Below are positions 16,514 to 30,169 of a stretch of DNA of 64,000 nucleotides, piece after piece; positions within the stretch are counted from its first letter, which is position 1, and every line of letters begins with the position of its first letter. The stretch is from assembly GCF_009914755.1 (NCBI RefSeq), contig NC_060925.1. One strand, given 5' to 3'. The position numbers were made by a program, and so were the translations under genes. Under the pieces are notes generated by a model. The model worked only from the letters and a program-made list of their open reading frames with translations, made no database searches and was not told where the DNA came from. The stretch is from the human T2T-CHM13v2.0 reference genome, Homo sapiens.

Positions 16514-16879
16514 TCCCCAGACCTTCATCAAGATGCCAGGACAAAAACCTCAGGCATGTCACACCCAACAGAACAAACAGCTCCCCCAAATATGGAGTGC
16601 TTCCATAGTCACCACCGAAGATGGAGGTGTTTTCAGCATGGTCCTAGAATGAGTCTCATGGCTCCCTGCCCAACTGAGATAGCACTTTGTCAGGGCCAGT
16701 CCAAGAAAGATGATCAGGCCTCCCTGGTTCTCAGCCCTGAGCCCCAGGTGCTGGGATTTAGTCAGTTAAAAAAGTCAAAGGAAGAGTCTAGTGGATACAC
16801 AGGTTTACAGACAACAGCCACCCTGTTTGAAGGTAGATTGCTTTTCCTGAATACTTGATGTACACACAGCAAGATACGT

Positions 16880-17990
16880 TGGCAATAGCATGGACTCTGC
16901 CCTGGAGAGTCACCCAGGCCATCTGTCCTAACCCAAGGGCTACCACCTCTGCAGGAACACATTGCTCTTGCTGTTTCCCCAAACCTCTCTGCCCTGATCA
17001 TCCAATCGAGGCAGTGAGGTTATGGCTTGTACAAATTTTGCGTGTCCTATAACATCACCCACCTGTACAGGGGAGTTGGGAGTTCCTGATGCTACCAGGG
17101 GGATTTTGGTATTGTGGTGTTTTATGACCCTCTCCTTTCCTGTGGGGTCCCAAGGAGGTGAACAACCTAGGGCAGCATAACTTCCAAGTTAGAGTAAGGG
17201 ATGGGCGTCCCTGTCAGGCACTACCACTGCAGGGACCACAGACCACTCCGGGCACAGTGTTCCAGAAGGAGAAACTAAAGGAGTGGTTGGGTACACAGAT
17301 TGGGATGCCTCAGTCACAGCCTAATCAGGTGACTGCCTGCTCCTCTACCCCTGCCAAACTCAGGATTCTCCAGTGTGGATTTCAGTGCCGTTTCCCTTTG
17401 TCTGGAGTGCAGTGTCAAGAGTCCAAATGGCCCCAGTGAGGTGAGGGTATCACCCTGTTAACAATCCTTCTTTACGTCCCTTCTTTAACTGTTGATTTAG
17501 TCTTCCATTCCACTGTTCTGTGGCTCTCTTAGCTTATGGGTGGTGTGAATGTGGGAGGTGCAGCATATGCCATGGGATTGTGTCCATTGTTTTGTGGCTT
17601 GTGCTATCAAAGAAGTGCCCTGATTTGATTGGAATTCAGTAGGGTACCCAAACTCATGGCAAAGATTTTTTTTCCAGGGCAACTATGGTGGTACCAGCAT
17701 TCACATGCAGCACAGAGATGACAGTTCTAAACCTTAAGTAGGTGTCAGCTGCTGTGAGGCACCAGAAGAATCCATGGCCGGGTGTTAAAGATCCAGTGTG
17801 ATCCATCTGCCAAACGAGCCTGCTGATACCCCTCACGATAGGTCATCATTCTCGTCATACTGTTTGGGCTGATTGGTGGGAATTGCACTGCATTCTTGGC
17901 TTCTGTGTCTTCTCGGATTACACCCATGGATTTGGCCCATTCCTGCATTTGAGATGGGATTCCATGACTGGTTCATTAAGGCACCCAGCG
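16880..17990 (-). pseudogene. ERVL integrase and pol C-terminus relic
   Basis: WQMDHTGSL...CLTAADTY (cf. WQVDYIGPL...LTGIDTY); GYPTEFQSNQGT...QWTQSHGI (cf. GIPHSIASDQGT...QWAHAHGI); C-terminal VPAEVVALGLGQMAWV (cf. PAEVLAEGKGNTEWV); broken by frameshifts. Confidence 0.85.
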
Positions 17991-18049
17991 TGTGGCCCTT
18001 CCAACTTGTTTTGGACAGGCTCTGATACCTTAGGAATTCCCCTTGTGTT

Positions 18050-18400
18050 CTTATTTAAGAGGCACTTTGCTGGGAGCATATACATGAGTGATAAAGATTT
18101 GCCTATTTCATGCAGCAAACTTGCCATAGTCCCTGTTCCCACACAGATTTTTAATAGTTCAGTCATGTAGTTGCCAGTCTCCTGACGAAATGGCTAGACC
18201 ACCACCCAGGAATTGGCAAAGATGTAGCAAGGTGTGTGGGGTAGGGTGGCTTGTACACCATTACCACCACATGAAATTCAGCCCCGTGGGCTAATTGTTC
18301 TCTTCCAGTTTCAGGTAAGAATGGCTCTCCATGGGGTGGGTGGCTGTGGGGGCACAGTGGACTCCATCAACTCATTTTGCAGAAGCCTGGGTAAACTAGG
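18050..18400 (-). pseudogene. ERVL RNase H relic
   Basis: Minus strand near 18200-18235 reads CYIFANSWVV (cf. IYTDSWAVA). Confidence 0.6.
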
Positions 18401-19109
18401 CCATGCCTTCAGCTAGAACCTCTTCAACATGGCCCAGGTGACTAGGGAAGGGACCAGCACTGTGCTCCCTCTGGCAGGGTGGCCACCTGCTCATGTAGTT
18501 GACCCCTTGGGGTCCTGGCCTGGCTCAGTCTTAGATGTAACATTTCCATTTGATGATGGAACCCTCCTGGGCTTTTCCAGTTTTATTAGTGAGATTGGTG
18601 AGGACCCAAGTAAGGATGAGCACTTGAGGCCTCAGAACCACATAATGTGCTTTGGTAGTGAGATGTTCAGTCTCCACCAGAGCCCAATAGCAAGCAAGAA
18701 GCTGCCTATGAAGGGTGTGTATTGGGCAGCAGCTTCAGGCAGCTTGTGTGTCCAGAATCGCAGAGGTTGCACCCCGCTCAGAGGTGGTTTTCTGCTGCTA
18801 CTGACTCAGCATGTTGGGTGCTGTGGACATTTGAAGTTTCATGCAGGCTCCAAATATCCCACTCAGAGTCAGGGCCTGGGCCATGGCTTGTTGAATAGTT
18901 TTCACTGCTCATTGCTGAGAAGTGCCCCATTTGAAGGTTGCTGTCTTTTGTGCCACCTTGACAAGGGGGCCAGAAGGATACCCAGATGGGGTATGTGTTG
19001 TCTCCAGTGTCTGAACAGATCCACCAGCTGCTGTGCTTCTATTTTATCAGTGGGAGAGCCAGGGGCTGTAACTTCTATTTAACCTTCTCCGTAATACTCT
19101 GTTGATTTT

Positions 19110-19660
19110 ATGCTCAGATGTCCCTGAGAAACTGTACTTGTTGGGTGGGTCCTTGAATCTTATCTGGATTTATGGCCCAACTGGTGTTAGTCCTCGCATT
19201 GGTGATCGAGCGAAAAGCCAAGGCCACTTGTTCTTCAGTGGGATCCACAAAGAAGATGCCATCTATTAAACCTGACTTGGGCTTGCTGTAAATCAAGCCC
19301 TACCCATTGCTGACAAATGGCAGGGTCATGAAGGGACCCCTGAGGGAAGACGGAAAAAGTGTATTACAAGCCATTCCACAGGATGCACATTGATCCTGGT
19401 CTTCTTGCCCCTGGGAAATTGAGAAAAAGGCATTGGCCAAGTCCGTGACAGCATACCAGTCTCCAGAATAAGCTGCCACCGACTCAGAAAAACGGGATGA
19501 TCGCCAGCACTCAGGGGCCAAGGCATTTGGCCTGCAATAGTCCAAGCCAGCCTCTGGGGCACGGAGGCTGATGTAGTCTCTCAGTCTCCCTGTGTTGGTG
19601 ACCTTTTTGACCAGGATATTAAATTGTGACAAAGTTGTTTGATGCACTCCTGCTTGCACC
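19110..19660 (-). pseudogene. ERVL reverse transcriptase relic
   Basis: GDWYAVTDLANAFFSI...DQDQCA (cf. GTWYAAIDLANAFFSI...QKQFAF); YIDD box decayed to LIDG; WAINPDKIQGPTQQVQFL (cf. WEINPTKIQGPSTSVKFL). Confidence 0.9.
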
Positions 19661-19789
19661 AGGTAATTTATTCTTGTATTAAAAGAGTAATGTCTTTCTT
19701 TCCACAATGGATAGGGGCTTGGGCAATTCTGGAAGGAGGAAGAGGAGGAGTGTATTTGGCCCACATGGCTTAAATATTGCTCTGGGTAG

Positions 19790-20060
19790 GTGCAGTGCAT
19801 ATTCCTGCAGGTGACCCTGGTTTTCAGTGTCATGGCTACCAAAATGTCATTACCCATAGCACATGATGCAAGGGGTACCATGATCATTGCTGCCGAAATG
19901 GTCTTGCCCATAAGTACATGTTTATTTGTTTTCTATGGGCTACCATGCCCTCCCCAAAAACACACAATGCCACCATTCCACTCCTCCCTTGTGGGGGCTT
20001 GGTATAATAATCACTAAGCAACAGTGTCTCATAGCCCCATGCTTGTTTTCATACTCTCCC
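19790..20060 (-). pseudogene. ERVL aspartic protease relic
   Basis: MGL*DTVA at ~20017-20040 (decayed LDTGA active site) and C-terminal VPLASCAMGNDIL (cf. SPVPECIIGIDIL). Confidence 0.75.
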
Positions 20061-20229
20061 CCACTTCCATATTTCCCGTCCACCCCCACAGGGCACAGAG
20101 CTGCAGGTCACTGTGGGAGCGTGGAGCCTTTGGCCCTACCCCAATCATTCTTTTTAAAAGGAGTCAGAATATAGGTAGCACAGCTCCTCCTCTTTATCTG
20201 AGTCTAGCTCATAATTGGAACCACCATTT

Positions 20230-21560
20230 TCCTCACTATCTGAGCTGGGTATTGGGAAACTCCAGCAGCAGCTTGCCTTCCCTCCAGTGGGGAGGAGGGG
20301 GGAGTATCTGAATCTTCAGGGGGGCAATCCAAGACTCAAAATCCTTCCAATCCGGTGAGCTCCCCTCTTCCTGTTCCTTAATGGTCTGCATGAGGTCCTT
20401 CATCTCTAATTTAGGGGGTTCTCTTTCCTCTTTATGTGTGGACAAAGGTCTTCAGTGGAGACTGCCTATCTGAGTCTTATCTATCCTTTGTTTAGAAGCC
20501 ACAACCACATTGCACTGCACACAAGTCCTGCCCCTCTGATTGTCTCCCTTTTGGGCCCTTGGAGGACCACTTGTAGAGGTCTCTACTGCTCAGGTCTCAT
20601 CCACAGCTACAGTGGCTTCCACCTTGCAGCTCCCTCCATCAGATGATGGGACATGGCAGAGATGCGTCTCCACCACCTCGCTCATTGTCATCCCAGGGAC
20701 AGAAGAAGGGACAAGGAAGTCTTCCATTGTGGGGGATCCTGCCTCTTAAAGGCCTCTAGGGCTGTACAAGATAGGACAGCTTCATCTACGTCCTGTCTGG
20801 GGGAGGGTCATACAGCCAGGTGTCAATGGCCTTTATCTTAATGGCCATAATGGTTTTCTGAACCATTTTCCAGGGAGCCTTGCTTCCAAGAAATTCCCCT
20901 ACAGTAGCATACACTGTGATTATGCTTCCAGTCACCCAAAACTAATAGTGGCATCAGTTTGTCTCGGTCAGGTCCTGTTAGTTATTCTCTGTGATGTAGG
21001 TGAAAATATGCTATAGTAGGGGGATGGGTTGTCAACTTCCCCAAACTACATCTTTCTGCTGGAGTCACTTGGGTCTGCAAGGCCCCCTCATCCATCAGGC
21101 ACACCAACCAGGTAGCTTGGGACTCTCCTGGCCTCTGCCCACATCTATTCTTTAATTTCCTTATCTTGCTGCCAGAAATTGAGCACATTTCCATGGTTTC
21201 ATCTTCAGGGACACCATTAGTCCTTTGGCATTGTTGGAAAATGGATCTCATCTGCCTGTGGCTGCAGAGCCTCACTGGTTGGAGCTCTGTCCTAGGGGCC
21301 TTCAGTCTGCATTGGAGCTCCTAATTGTTGAGCCATCGGTGTATCAGCAGTAAAGTGGCCAGCAGTCAAGGGATAGTTTTCCTGCTCGTCTTATATCTCC
21401 GCCATGGGTTCCACCCCCTGTCTCTCCACCATATGACCCATTGGCCCAAGTCATCCCAGTCTAAGGGAAGATTTGGTAAATCTCATTTGTCCACCTATAT
21501 CCAGAGAGTGGCCAAAATTTCTGCCAGCTGGTTACCCGCTGGAGAGCTGGGGACAGAAAC
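20230..21560 (-). pseudogene. ERVL gag-like relic
   Basis: Position between PBS and protease; QRPGESQATWLVCLMDEGA resembles the ERVL gag QKPGE..WLLRLWD.G motif; many stops. Confidence 0.65.
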
Positions 21561-21604
21561 ATAAGCCCTTGCTTTTGGTGAGACCGCAGTAAGTATCTTT
21601 GGCA

Positions 21605-21620
21605 AACCTGCTGACTTCCA
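21605..21620 (-). promoter_or_regulatory. Decayed primer-binding site, tRNA-Ser type
   Basis: Minus strand TGGAAGTCAGCAGGTT, 5 nt after the 5' LTR end, vs the tRNA-Ser complement TGGCGTAGTCGGCAGGAT. Confidence 0.6.
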
Positions 21621-21625
21621 GAAAC

Positions 21626-22165
21626 TGTGCAGCAGGAAGATCCAGCTGCTGATCTCAGGGGAGGATTCCATTCATGTGTAGGACAGCAGAGAGCATATAT
21701 TGTTGACTTCCAGGAGGAGGATCCCACAGACTTTTGCTCACTGCATCTTCTACAGGTTTGGAGTCACCAAGAAGGACTCCATGCACAAGGGCTGGTTGGA
21801 AAAACACTCTACTTACAGAATGACAAGAAGATGAGCCCCTCCCGATAACCAATGCAGGGTGATAGCCTGCATGCAGCCCTTTAGGTTACAGGCAACGACC
21901 CCAATCCCAGCACTCCATCTAGTCATATAGATAAGTGGAGCTGTCCAGGAGCCATTGACACATGTTTAAGCAGTACAAGGAAATTCACCGTATACCCAGA
22001 ACAGAGAAATATTTATCCAAATAAGGAAGAAGACTCTGAGGCCAAGGAATAGCTGGACACCTGGCTTCTAAATTAGGGAATGTCCCAGGCCCAGGGCACT
22101 GATTAGGCAATCCTGTGGAATGGCGGACAGGTCACAAGATGGCTGCTTCCTCAGCATTATACACT
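21626..22165 (-). mobile_element. 5' LTR of the provirus (MER74/MER73/MER54 group)
   Basis: Minus strand begins tgtataatgctgaggaagcagccatcttg and ends ...gatcttcctgctgcaca; collinear with 15957-16513. Confidence 0.82.
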
Positions 22166-22315
22166 GTATGTTTATTTCTTTTCTTCCCCTATACATTCTC
22201 CAGAAGGCAGGTGCTTTGCTCACAGCTGTATCCTTACTCATTGAAACTGAGTAATGTCTGGCTTATAGTTGGCACTTTCCATATAAATTGTTGACTGAAT
22301 TGAGAATGAGTAAAT
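22166..22315 (+). mobile_element. L2 3' terminus (continuation of L2-like sequence at ~15835-15956)
   Basis: ctccagaaggcaggtgc...ctcacagctgtatcc...tgtctggcttatagttggcact...ttgttgactgaatt. Confidence 0.65.
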
Positions 22316-22801
22316 GCCCTTCACCTTTTCCAGGCCTGAAGCTCCTAGTCTATGAGATGAGGGCACTGGACAGATGACACCGGAGTTATCCTCCAGCTCT
22401 AACATTCTGTCACTGCCATGCTGTGGAGGGGTGTCACACATCAGCCAGTGGTTTAACCATGGGTTAGGAGACAGGTCAGAGACAGGATTGGGCTTTTTCC
22501 TGCTCAGTTTTCAGATGTCCCTTTTCCCTCATCTTTTCTTCCCTGTGAGTCCCTTAGGTGTGAGCCCCTCTAGAGGTGGCCACTGCTTGTTTCCTGTTTG
22601 TGCCCTCCTGACAAAAGGTGCAGCACCTGAACTCCTGCATGGGTAGTGTTTTACCAGCTCTGGGGCAATGGCTCTTGCCTTGTGTCTGTGTCATGAAAAG
22701 CACTGTCTTCAGACAGACTGTCTCTTTCAAGAACGCTCAGGCTAAGTAACCACCTGTTACTAAAACTATAACATTTTGCCATTATAAAAGTAATACTTTC
22801 T

Positions 22802-23141
<340 letters not shown>

Positions 23142-26100
23142 CTAATATGCCCTCCATACAAATGTAGCATGGCTAAGATTTAGAGGATTTGTTCCTACTC
23201 TGTTTTATGTTTGTTTGCTTTATTGCACAAAGTAGTGTTTTGCATTTGTGTTAATCTATATTTTTTTAACTTAGTATGTAAGTATGTTCCATGTTGTTGT
23301 GTGACTTGCTTTAAAAATGAACCAAATATTGAACATCTACTGATATGATGGAAACTGAATTGGGTATTTTTACATAAATTAGCTCATTTACTGCAGCACT
23401 CTAGTGAGGTGGACATTATTATCCCTATTTTGCAGTTGAGGAAACTTAAGGCTCAGACTGTTTCACCTACTCAGATCAAATAGCTAATAAGGACCAAAGT
23501 CAAAATTCATTGGACATGGGGCTGACTTGAAAAGCCTGTGTTCTTTTGGGTATGCATTTTACTGGCTACCAAATATCCCATCTATCATGCCATGTTGTGA
23601 CGCAAATCGAACATCAGGTGAGGGGCCCCATAGTGGAGCTACCTGTCACCCAAGATAGGATTTCTCCTTTCAGGCAACTTCTTCAAAGCCTAATTCAGCA
23701 CACAGACATCAGGTAGAAAGGTGATTATTTCCTGCCTGGATAGGTTTCCACCCATGCGGCTCTCCTATACTCTTAGGTGTACATTATTGATTCCAGGAGT
23801 CATATGTGTCCCTATCTGTGTTGTGGGTAAGGAGCCCCACAGTCTTTTCTCTTGAAAGACTTGGCTCTGGCTCAGCTGTGCCTTGAATCTGTGATTCTGT
23901 CGCATACCCCAGGCTTTTCTGCTCAGGATGGGGCCCTTTTGAGACCAGGTCTTTGGTGCTTGCTCATGTGCAGTCTGGAATCAGCTGCACAGGGCTGGGA
24001 AGCTGCACCGCCCACCTCTAACAGGCTCACAGCAGAATTCTTAACACAGGTGCTTTATTTTAGAAGTTTATACTCTTCATTGTAAATAGCTAATAAAAAG
24101 CGACAGCTACAGCCCATTTATAAATGCACTTCCAGAAACCAAATTCAAAGGGTTTACTAAATGGCAGGAACCTGGTCAACAGCTGTTTTAAATGCATTTA
24201 TTTCTGTCGGGAGGCAAATGTTCTACAAAATAGCTTTGTTGTCAATAGTCTCTTTGTTCTTTGATGTACAGCTTACAAATAAATGCATTTATAGGAACTG
24301 CTAATGTGTGAGGGTTTTGATATTAGTGCTAAATTTGCAATCTATAATATATCATCTAGTCATCTTTGACAAACTCAATTGTAATCTAATTAAGTGGCGT
24401 CTTCTGTGATTCTGAGTAGAGATCCCTAAGGTAATTCTATCCTACTTGGTTTTCACAGGAGAAAAAAAAAATCCCTAAGAGTACTGTTCAACAAAGTGTG
24501 TGTATGTGTGTGTGTGTGCATAAAATATTCCTTTTAGATGAGCAAAGCCAAGAAGATACCTAGTAATAAATAGCTTTCACAGTTGGTTAAATATCAGAAC
24601 TGGGGAGGCATTTGACCCCGAAATCATATGGCATCTCTAGAGCATGGCAACTCTGGGAAACTGATTGTTGCTTAAAGAAAGTTTAAAGTATTTGGGAAGT
24701 AATTTCTCTTTTATTTTTACTCCCTTAGGAAGATTTGGATTTGCAGCCTTTATCACTAACTTGGTGAGAATTTTTTTGTAAAGTTGTCAAATCTATAGGC
24801 CTCAGAAATGGCAGTTCTCATACAAATCCCAGTAACGATGCTAACATCATTCATCCAGTGTCAGTCAATCCTAGGTGCTTGAAAAACATCTCATTTAGTC
24901 TTTACAATAGCTTATGAAGTTGATACTTTTGTCTCAGTCTTTAAATAAGAAAGCCAAAACTCAGATTGGTTTAGTGATCTGGTCAATATTACAGAGCCAG
25001 GAAGTAAGAGGAGGAATTGAAAACAAGGTCTGCCCGCCTGGGAGTCTGTGCTGTTTTAAGTCACTTTACTGTCCCCTGCTCTGCCACACTGCCTGTGTTT
25101 TCAGAGAGGAGGCAACCACTAGGCTAAATGACTATCTGGCAAAAATCTATGTGGAGTTGGTTCTTCCTATTATATTGCATCTGTCTGGGACACCTGAGTG
25201 TTTGCAGAGATTCTTGCCCCGATTTTCAGCACCCTCAGCTGTTAGCCGTGCTATGGATGTGATGTTGGGGAATTTCTAAGATTGAAGTGGCCAGTTGCAT
25301 GTAGATGAGAAGACTTTCTTTAATTTGCCCTAAGTAGACATTCTGCGCAGTCAGTGTGTTATAGAAAGACATTTCTGGGAGGCAGGTGATCCAAGGGATG
25401 GTGGTCAAGAAGCACAGAATATATAGAGATGGGATAGAAACAAATGCAATGAAAGATCAGGACATTTTGTTCAAAGTAGAAATTTCAAGTAGGGAATCTT
25501 CCTCCCACCTACCGTCATGAACTCCAAGGAGATTATGATTTAATAATCCTTGTCTTTATGTGTATTCTTCAGTCTATGAGTAAAACATGTTACTGGTTTC
25601 TCTTCTCTGTAAGTTGCAGTCATGTCCCTGCAAGGGAGCTAGTTTGTATGTATTGCTAGGGGCTTTAAGATGGTGATTCTCCAGGCTAGGAACCCTTCCA
25701 AGAGATTCTATCACTTACCCAAAGCCGAAACACTTGTCCAGTTTAGCAGGAAATATCTATATGATTTTGAATTTCTTGGTTTCGGCCATTTGTGGCTCTG
25801 AATTCACTGTTGCCCTGAGGAAGCCATCTCTGACCCAAACACTCCTTGTTAAACCACTGGCATAGCTCAAGTGACTTGGAAACCTCACTGTAACTACTAT
25901 TGCGTAACTTCAACAACAAACCTTCATTCTGTTGTGGTAAAACTTCGCTCTATATTCAGCCACACATTAATTAGTACTTATATTTTCTTAAATGTACACT
26001 GTGCATCATGACATGTCCTCAGGATATGGAGATAAAATACTTCATTTTTGCTCTCAAAGACCTAACAGTCTAGTGAAGAAGACTGCATTCTGAAGTCTCT

Positions 26101-26853
26101 GAATGTCAAAAAGTGCTGGTTGAAAATATTTCATTTTTTTGATAAACATGAGAATAGGTAAAATCATTTTCAGAAGGGCTTATGGAGGGGAGACATCTGG
26201 TCCTTTACAAAGACAGGGTCACTGAACCCTTAGTGCTTTTGTGAGGTGACAGAACACAGTGTCCCCAGAGTGATGTATTTCCTTGAAAGTTTTTTTTCTT
26301 TGAGAACATAGGGTGGGGTTCTTCCTGAGGAAAATATTGATATTGCCAGCCTGCTCCTGGTGAAATTGAAAAAAACCAGGAAATTTAAACAAAGGCATGA
26401 TTCAAGACCAATATTTAGGAGGAAGCACTCACCACAGGACCAGAACCTGACCCATGGACCCTTGTACTCTGCATCGCTGCAGTTCCCATGCTCTTCCCAG
26501 CACCTCCCTAAAATGGGTCATTCTATGCAAATCCCAACAGCCTTCCAAATAGAATGTCACTGCCCTGATTAACAAGTATTTGTATACTTTTTCTCTAAAA
26601 TGTCTACTTGACATATCATATCTTTTTGTATGTTTCTTCCAGCTTCTATTTGTTCTTTAGAACTTCAGTAGAGTGCCTTTTTACATTTACCAAACAATGC
26701 AAAGGACTTCCAGGTAAGTGGACCCCTAGTAAACTCTCCAGTGGGATAGATGCATAGCTTTGTAATGGCAGCCAAAACCAGTTTGTAAAGATCTCATTTT
26801 CCCCTTTTTTACCCCTGAGAATAAAAGGAGGAGTTTAAAAAAATCTATGCACT

Positions 26854-27367
<514 letters not shown>

Positions 27368-28348
27368 GTTGTACATGGACTGTTTCTTGGGAAGAAATGC
27401 TCATTCGGCAACAGTGGCTTCTTTTTCTCTCTTTGTGGATTTGCTCCTTGGCCTTTATCCCTATAGGAAGCCAAGCTGAAAGCTTTTAAACTGGTATAGC
27501 TTTTGTCCTGACACCTATGTCTGGGTGACATAGATTCTCAGAGAGAGGGAGAGATATGAAAGGAAAAAAGTCTCTGAGGAAATCGTAATCTTTCCCGAAG
27601 AAGTTCTTGCCTAGTGCCAGGTTTCTGGGCTCAGAGCAGATTAGCGAAACAAGCACTCAGCTAAGAGTCCAGGGCCTGGTTTCTAGTTCTGGTTGTGACC
27701 CTAATCAGCCGGGCAAGTCACTTATGTTCTCTGAGCCTCAGATTTCTCGCCTGTGCAATGATGATCTTTCAGATTCTAACTCTAAAATTCTGTGCATGTC
27801 TCTTTTCCAGTGACTGAGGAAGTTCAAAGTAGAATAGGATGGGGATGACACATGAATAAGCTCTGAATCCTCACCTGTCTCGAGGAGGAATAAATTCAAT
27901 CCTAATGCCAAAACGACAGAATCTCTTTACTTCCTCACTGCTTTGCCAAACGCTCATTTAGATGTATCTATCAATCACTGGTTTATTCATATGGTGCCTC
28001 TCACCGTGAAATCTAGGTTCTGGAACAATATAATTGGCCTAATTTTGGTTTTCTGACTGCAGAAGTGGATGCTTCCTCTGCCTGTCTCTACTCTCAGCTC
28101 TTATTGTTTTTTTTGGTGAAAGAGATTAATCCAATGCTCCGTGGAAGTAGATATCAAGAACTCTTGAGCAGAGAGATGTTTTGCATTCTGCCTGTTTGAC
28201 ATTTACAAGGTATTTCATTAACACTGTGGGCGATTCAATCCCCTTTTATTTTTGGCTGCCCTTGCTGTGCCTCTGAAGGAAGGAAGGCCATTCTTTTGCC
28301 AGGTAAGGGGCAGGAAAATGTGTGACTCCAAAGCTACCTGGAGCCTGA

Positions 28349-28876
<528 letters not shown>

Positions 28877-30169
28877 TTGTTTTTTATTGTACACTTAGGG
28901 ACTTGCCTATGGTAGGTACTCAGTAAATGTTTCTTGAAATAATTAATGACTTGGGTTGATTTGGATGAAAGACGGAATGGACGGAGGGCATTTTTTAGTA
29001 GCCTGGAGACTTGGTTTCCATGCACCATGCTGGGATGTCCCTGGCAGCCCATCTACTGAGCTGGCACCAGCATGCTTACCAGTCTCCTTTGTGACAGTCC
29101 CAATGGATATTTTTATTAGCCAGCATGATTTATTTCATAATGCTGAGTTGCAGCACCCTTCATGGCTAGAGATTTTTGCTGTGGAGATAAGTTCTTAGAA
29201 CTATCTCCATTTCCAGAAAAGAGAGGGTTTCTCTCGTCTGTTGCCCAGAAAAGAAGTCAGTTTACGTATGCATCTTCCCTGGGTCAGGCTAAGAAGTAGC
29301 CCCAGCACTGGCATGCTAGACTTGGAGAGTCTAATATTCTTCCAGCCAAACCCTGAAGCAAACCACACCTCCTAGGTCCTGCAAGTCCCCATTAAGTGTG
29401 CTTAAGTCATTTGAACTCCTAGAGAATCCATGTCAGAGGAGGAGAATCAGCATTCAACAAAAGATAGCATGTAGTTTTTTTTTAAAAAGTGAAAGACTAA
29501 AGCTTGCCTTTTCTATAGATCATCAACATGTTTACTTATAGCAAAAAAAGCATGTACAGATGGATTTTTGCCATTTAAATCATTCATTAAAATCCCTATT
29601 TTAAGCCAAGATTTATAACAAAGTTTTTGGGGAAATAACACATACATCCCCTCCCATCTGGAAATGAAAAGAACAAGCAAAATGGATCTAGCATCTTCAT
29701 TATAATAGCACCTTAGCATGTAATTCAGTCTCCTCATGACAACCATTATGTAAGGATAAGGAGAGGCTCTGCAAGCCACCCATTTCTACACTGCCCTAGA
29801 GTTGAGATTCAACCAAGACCCCTGCTTCGGTTTAGGTTTCAATATACACGTGAAGACAGGGAGGAATATACTCACAAGACAAAGTCCTGTGCTCATTGGC
29901 ACCTGATCAAGTGCTAAGGCTTCAGATGAAAAGGGCAACAGAATCTCCAGGGCAAAGGGATCAGTTAGTGGAGGATTCTTTAGAGAGGAGGGAAGAGACC
30001 CCCTGCTGGGCCTTGGGGGATGGAGCATTTAGTCAGGAAGATGACATCCCAGTAAGGGGAAGCTACCCCTAAAAGCAAAGGTATGGAGATGGGAGGGAAT
30101 GCGGAGAGGGGTGGAGAAATTCCATCTTTGTTAGGGCAGCAGTCAAGGATGAGTGAGTTAGCCTCTTAA

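Larger units (their letters stand above)
15957..22165 (-). mobile_element. Two-LTR class III endogenous retrovirus (ERVL, MER74/HERVL74-like), decayed, no recognisable env
   Basis: Two homologous LTRs, a PBS, and gag-pro-RT-RNaseH-IN relics in canonical order on the minus strand; L2-like sequence on both flanks. Confidence 0.88.

Noticed and set aside
15972-16589. Possible env remnant (ISD-like LLD..SLGEV..C and a hydrophobic LQMLILLCLFSFL stretch)
   Set aside because: The interval aligns collinearly with the 5' LTR, so it is the 3' LTR; the peptide resemblance is coincidental
18429-19082. Longest ORF (217 aa, plus strand)
   Set aside because: Antisense to the decayed pol, with no recognisable homology; expected by chance in GC-richer retroviral sequence
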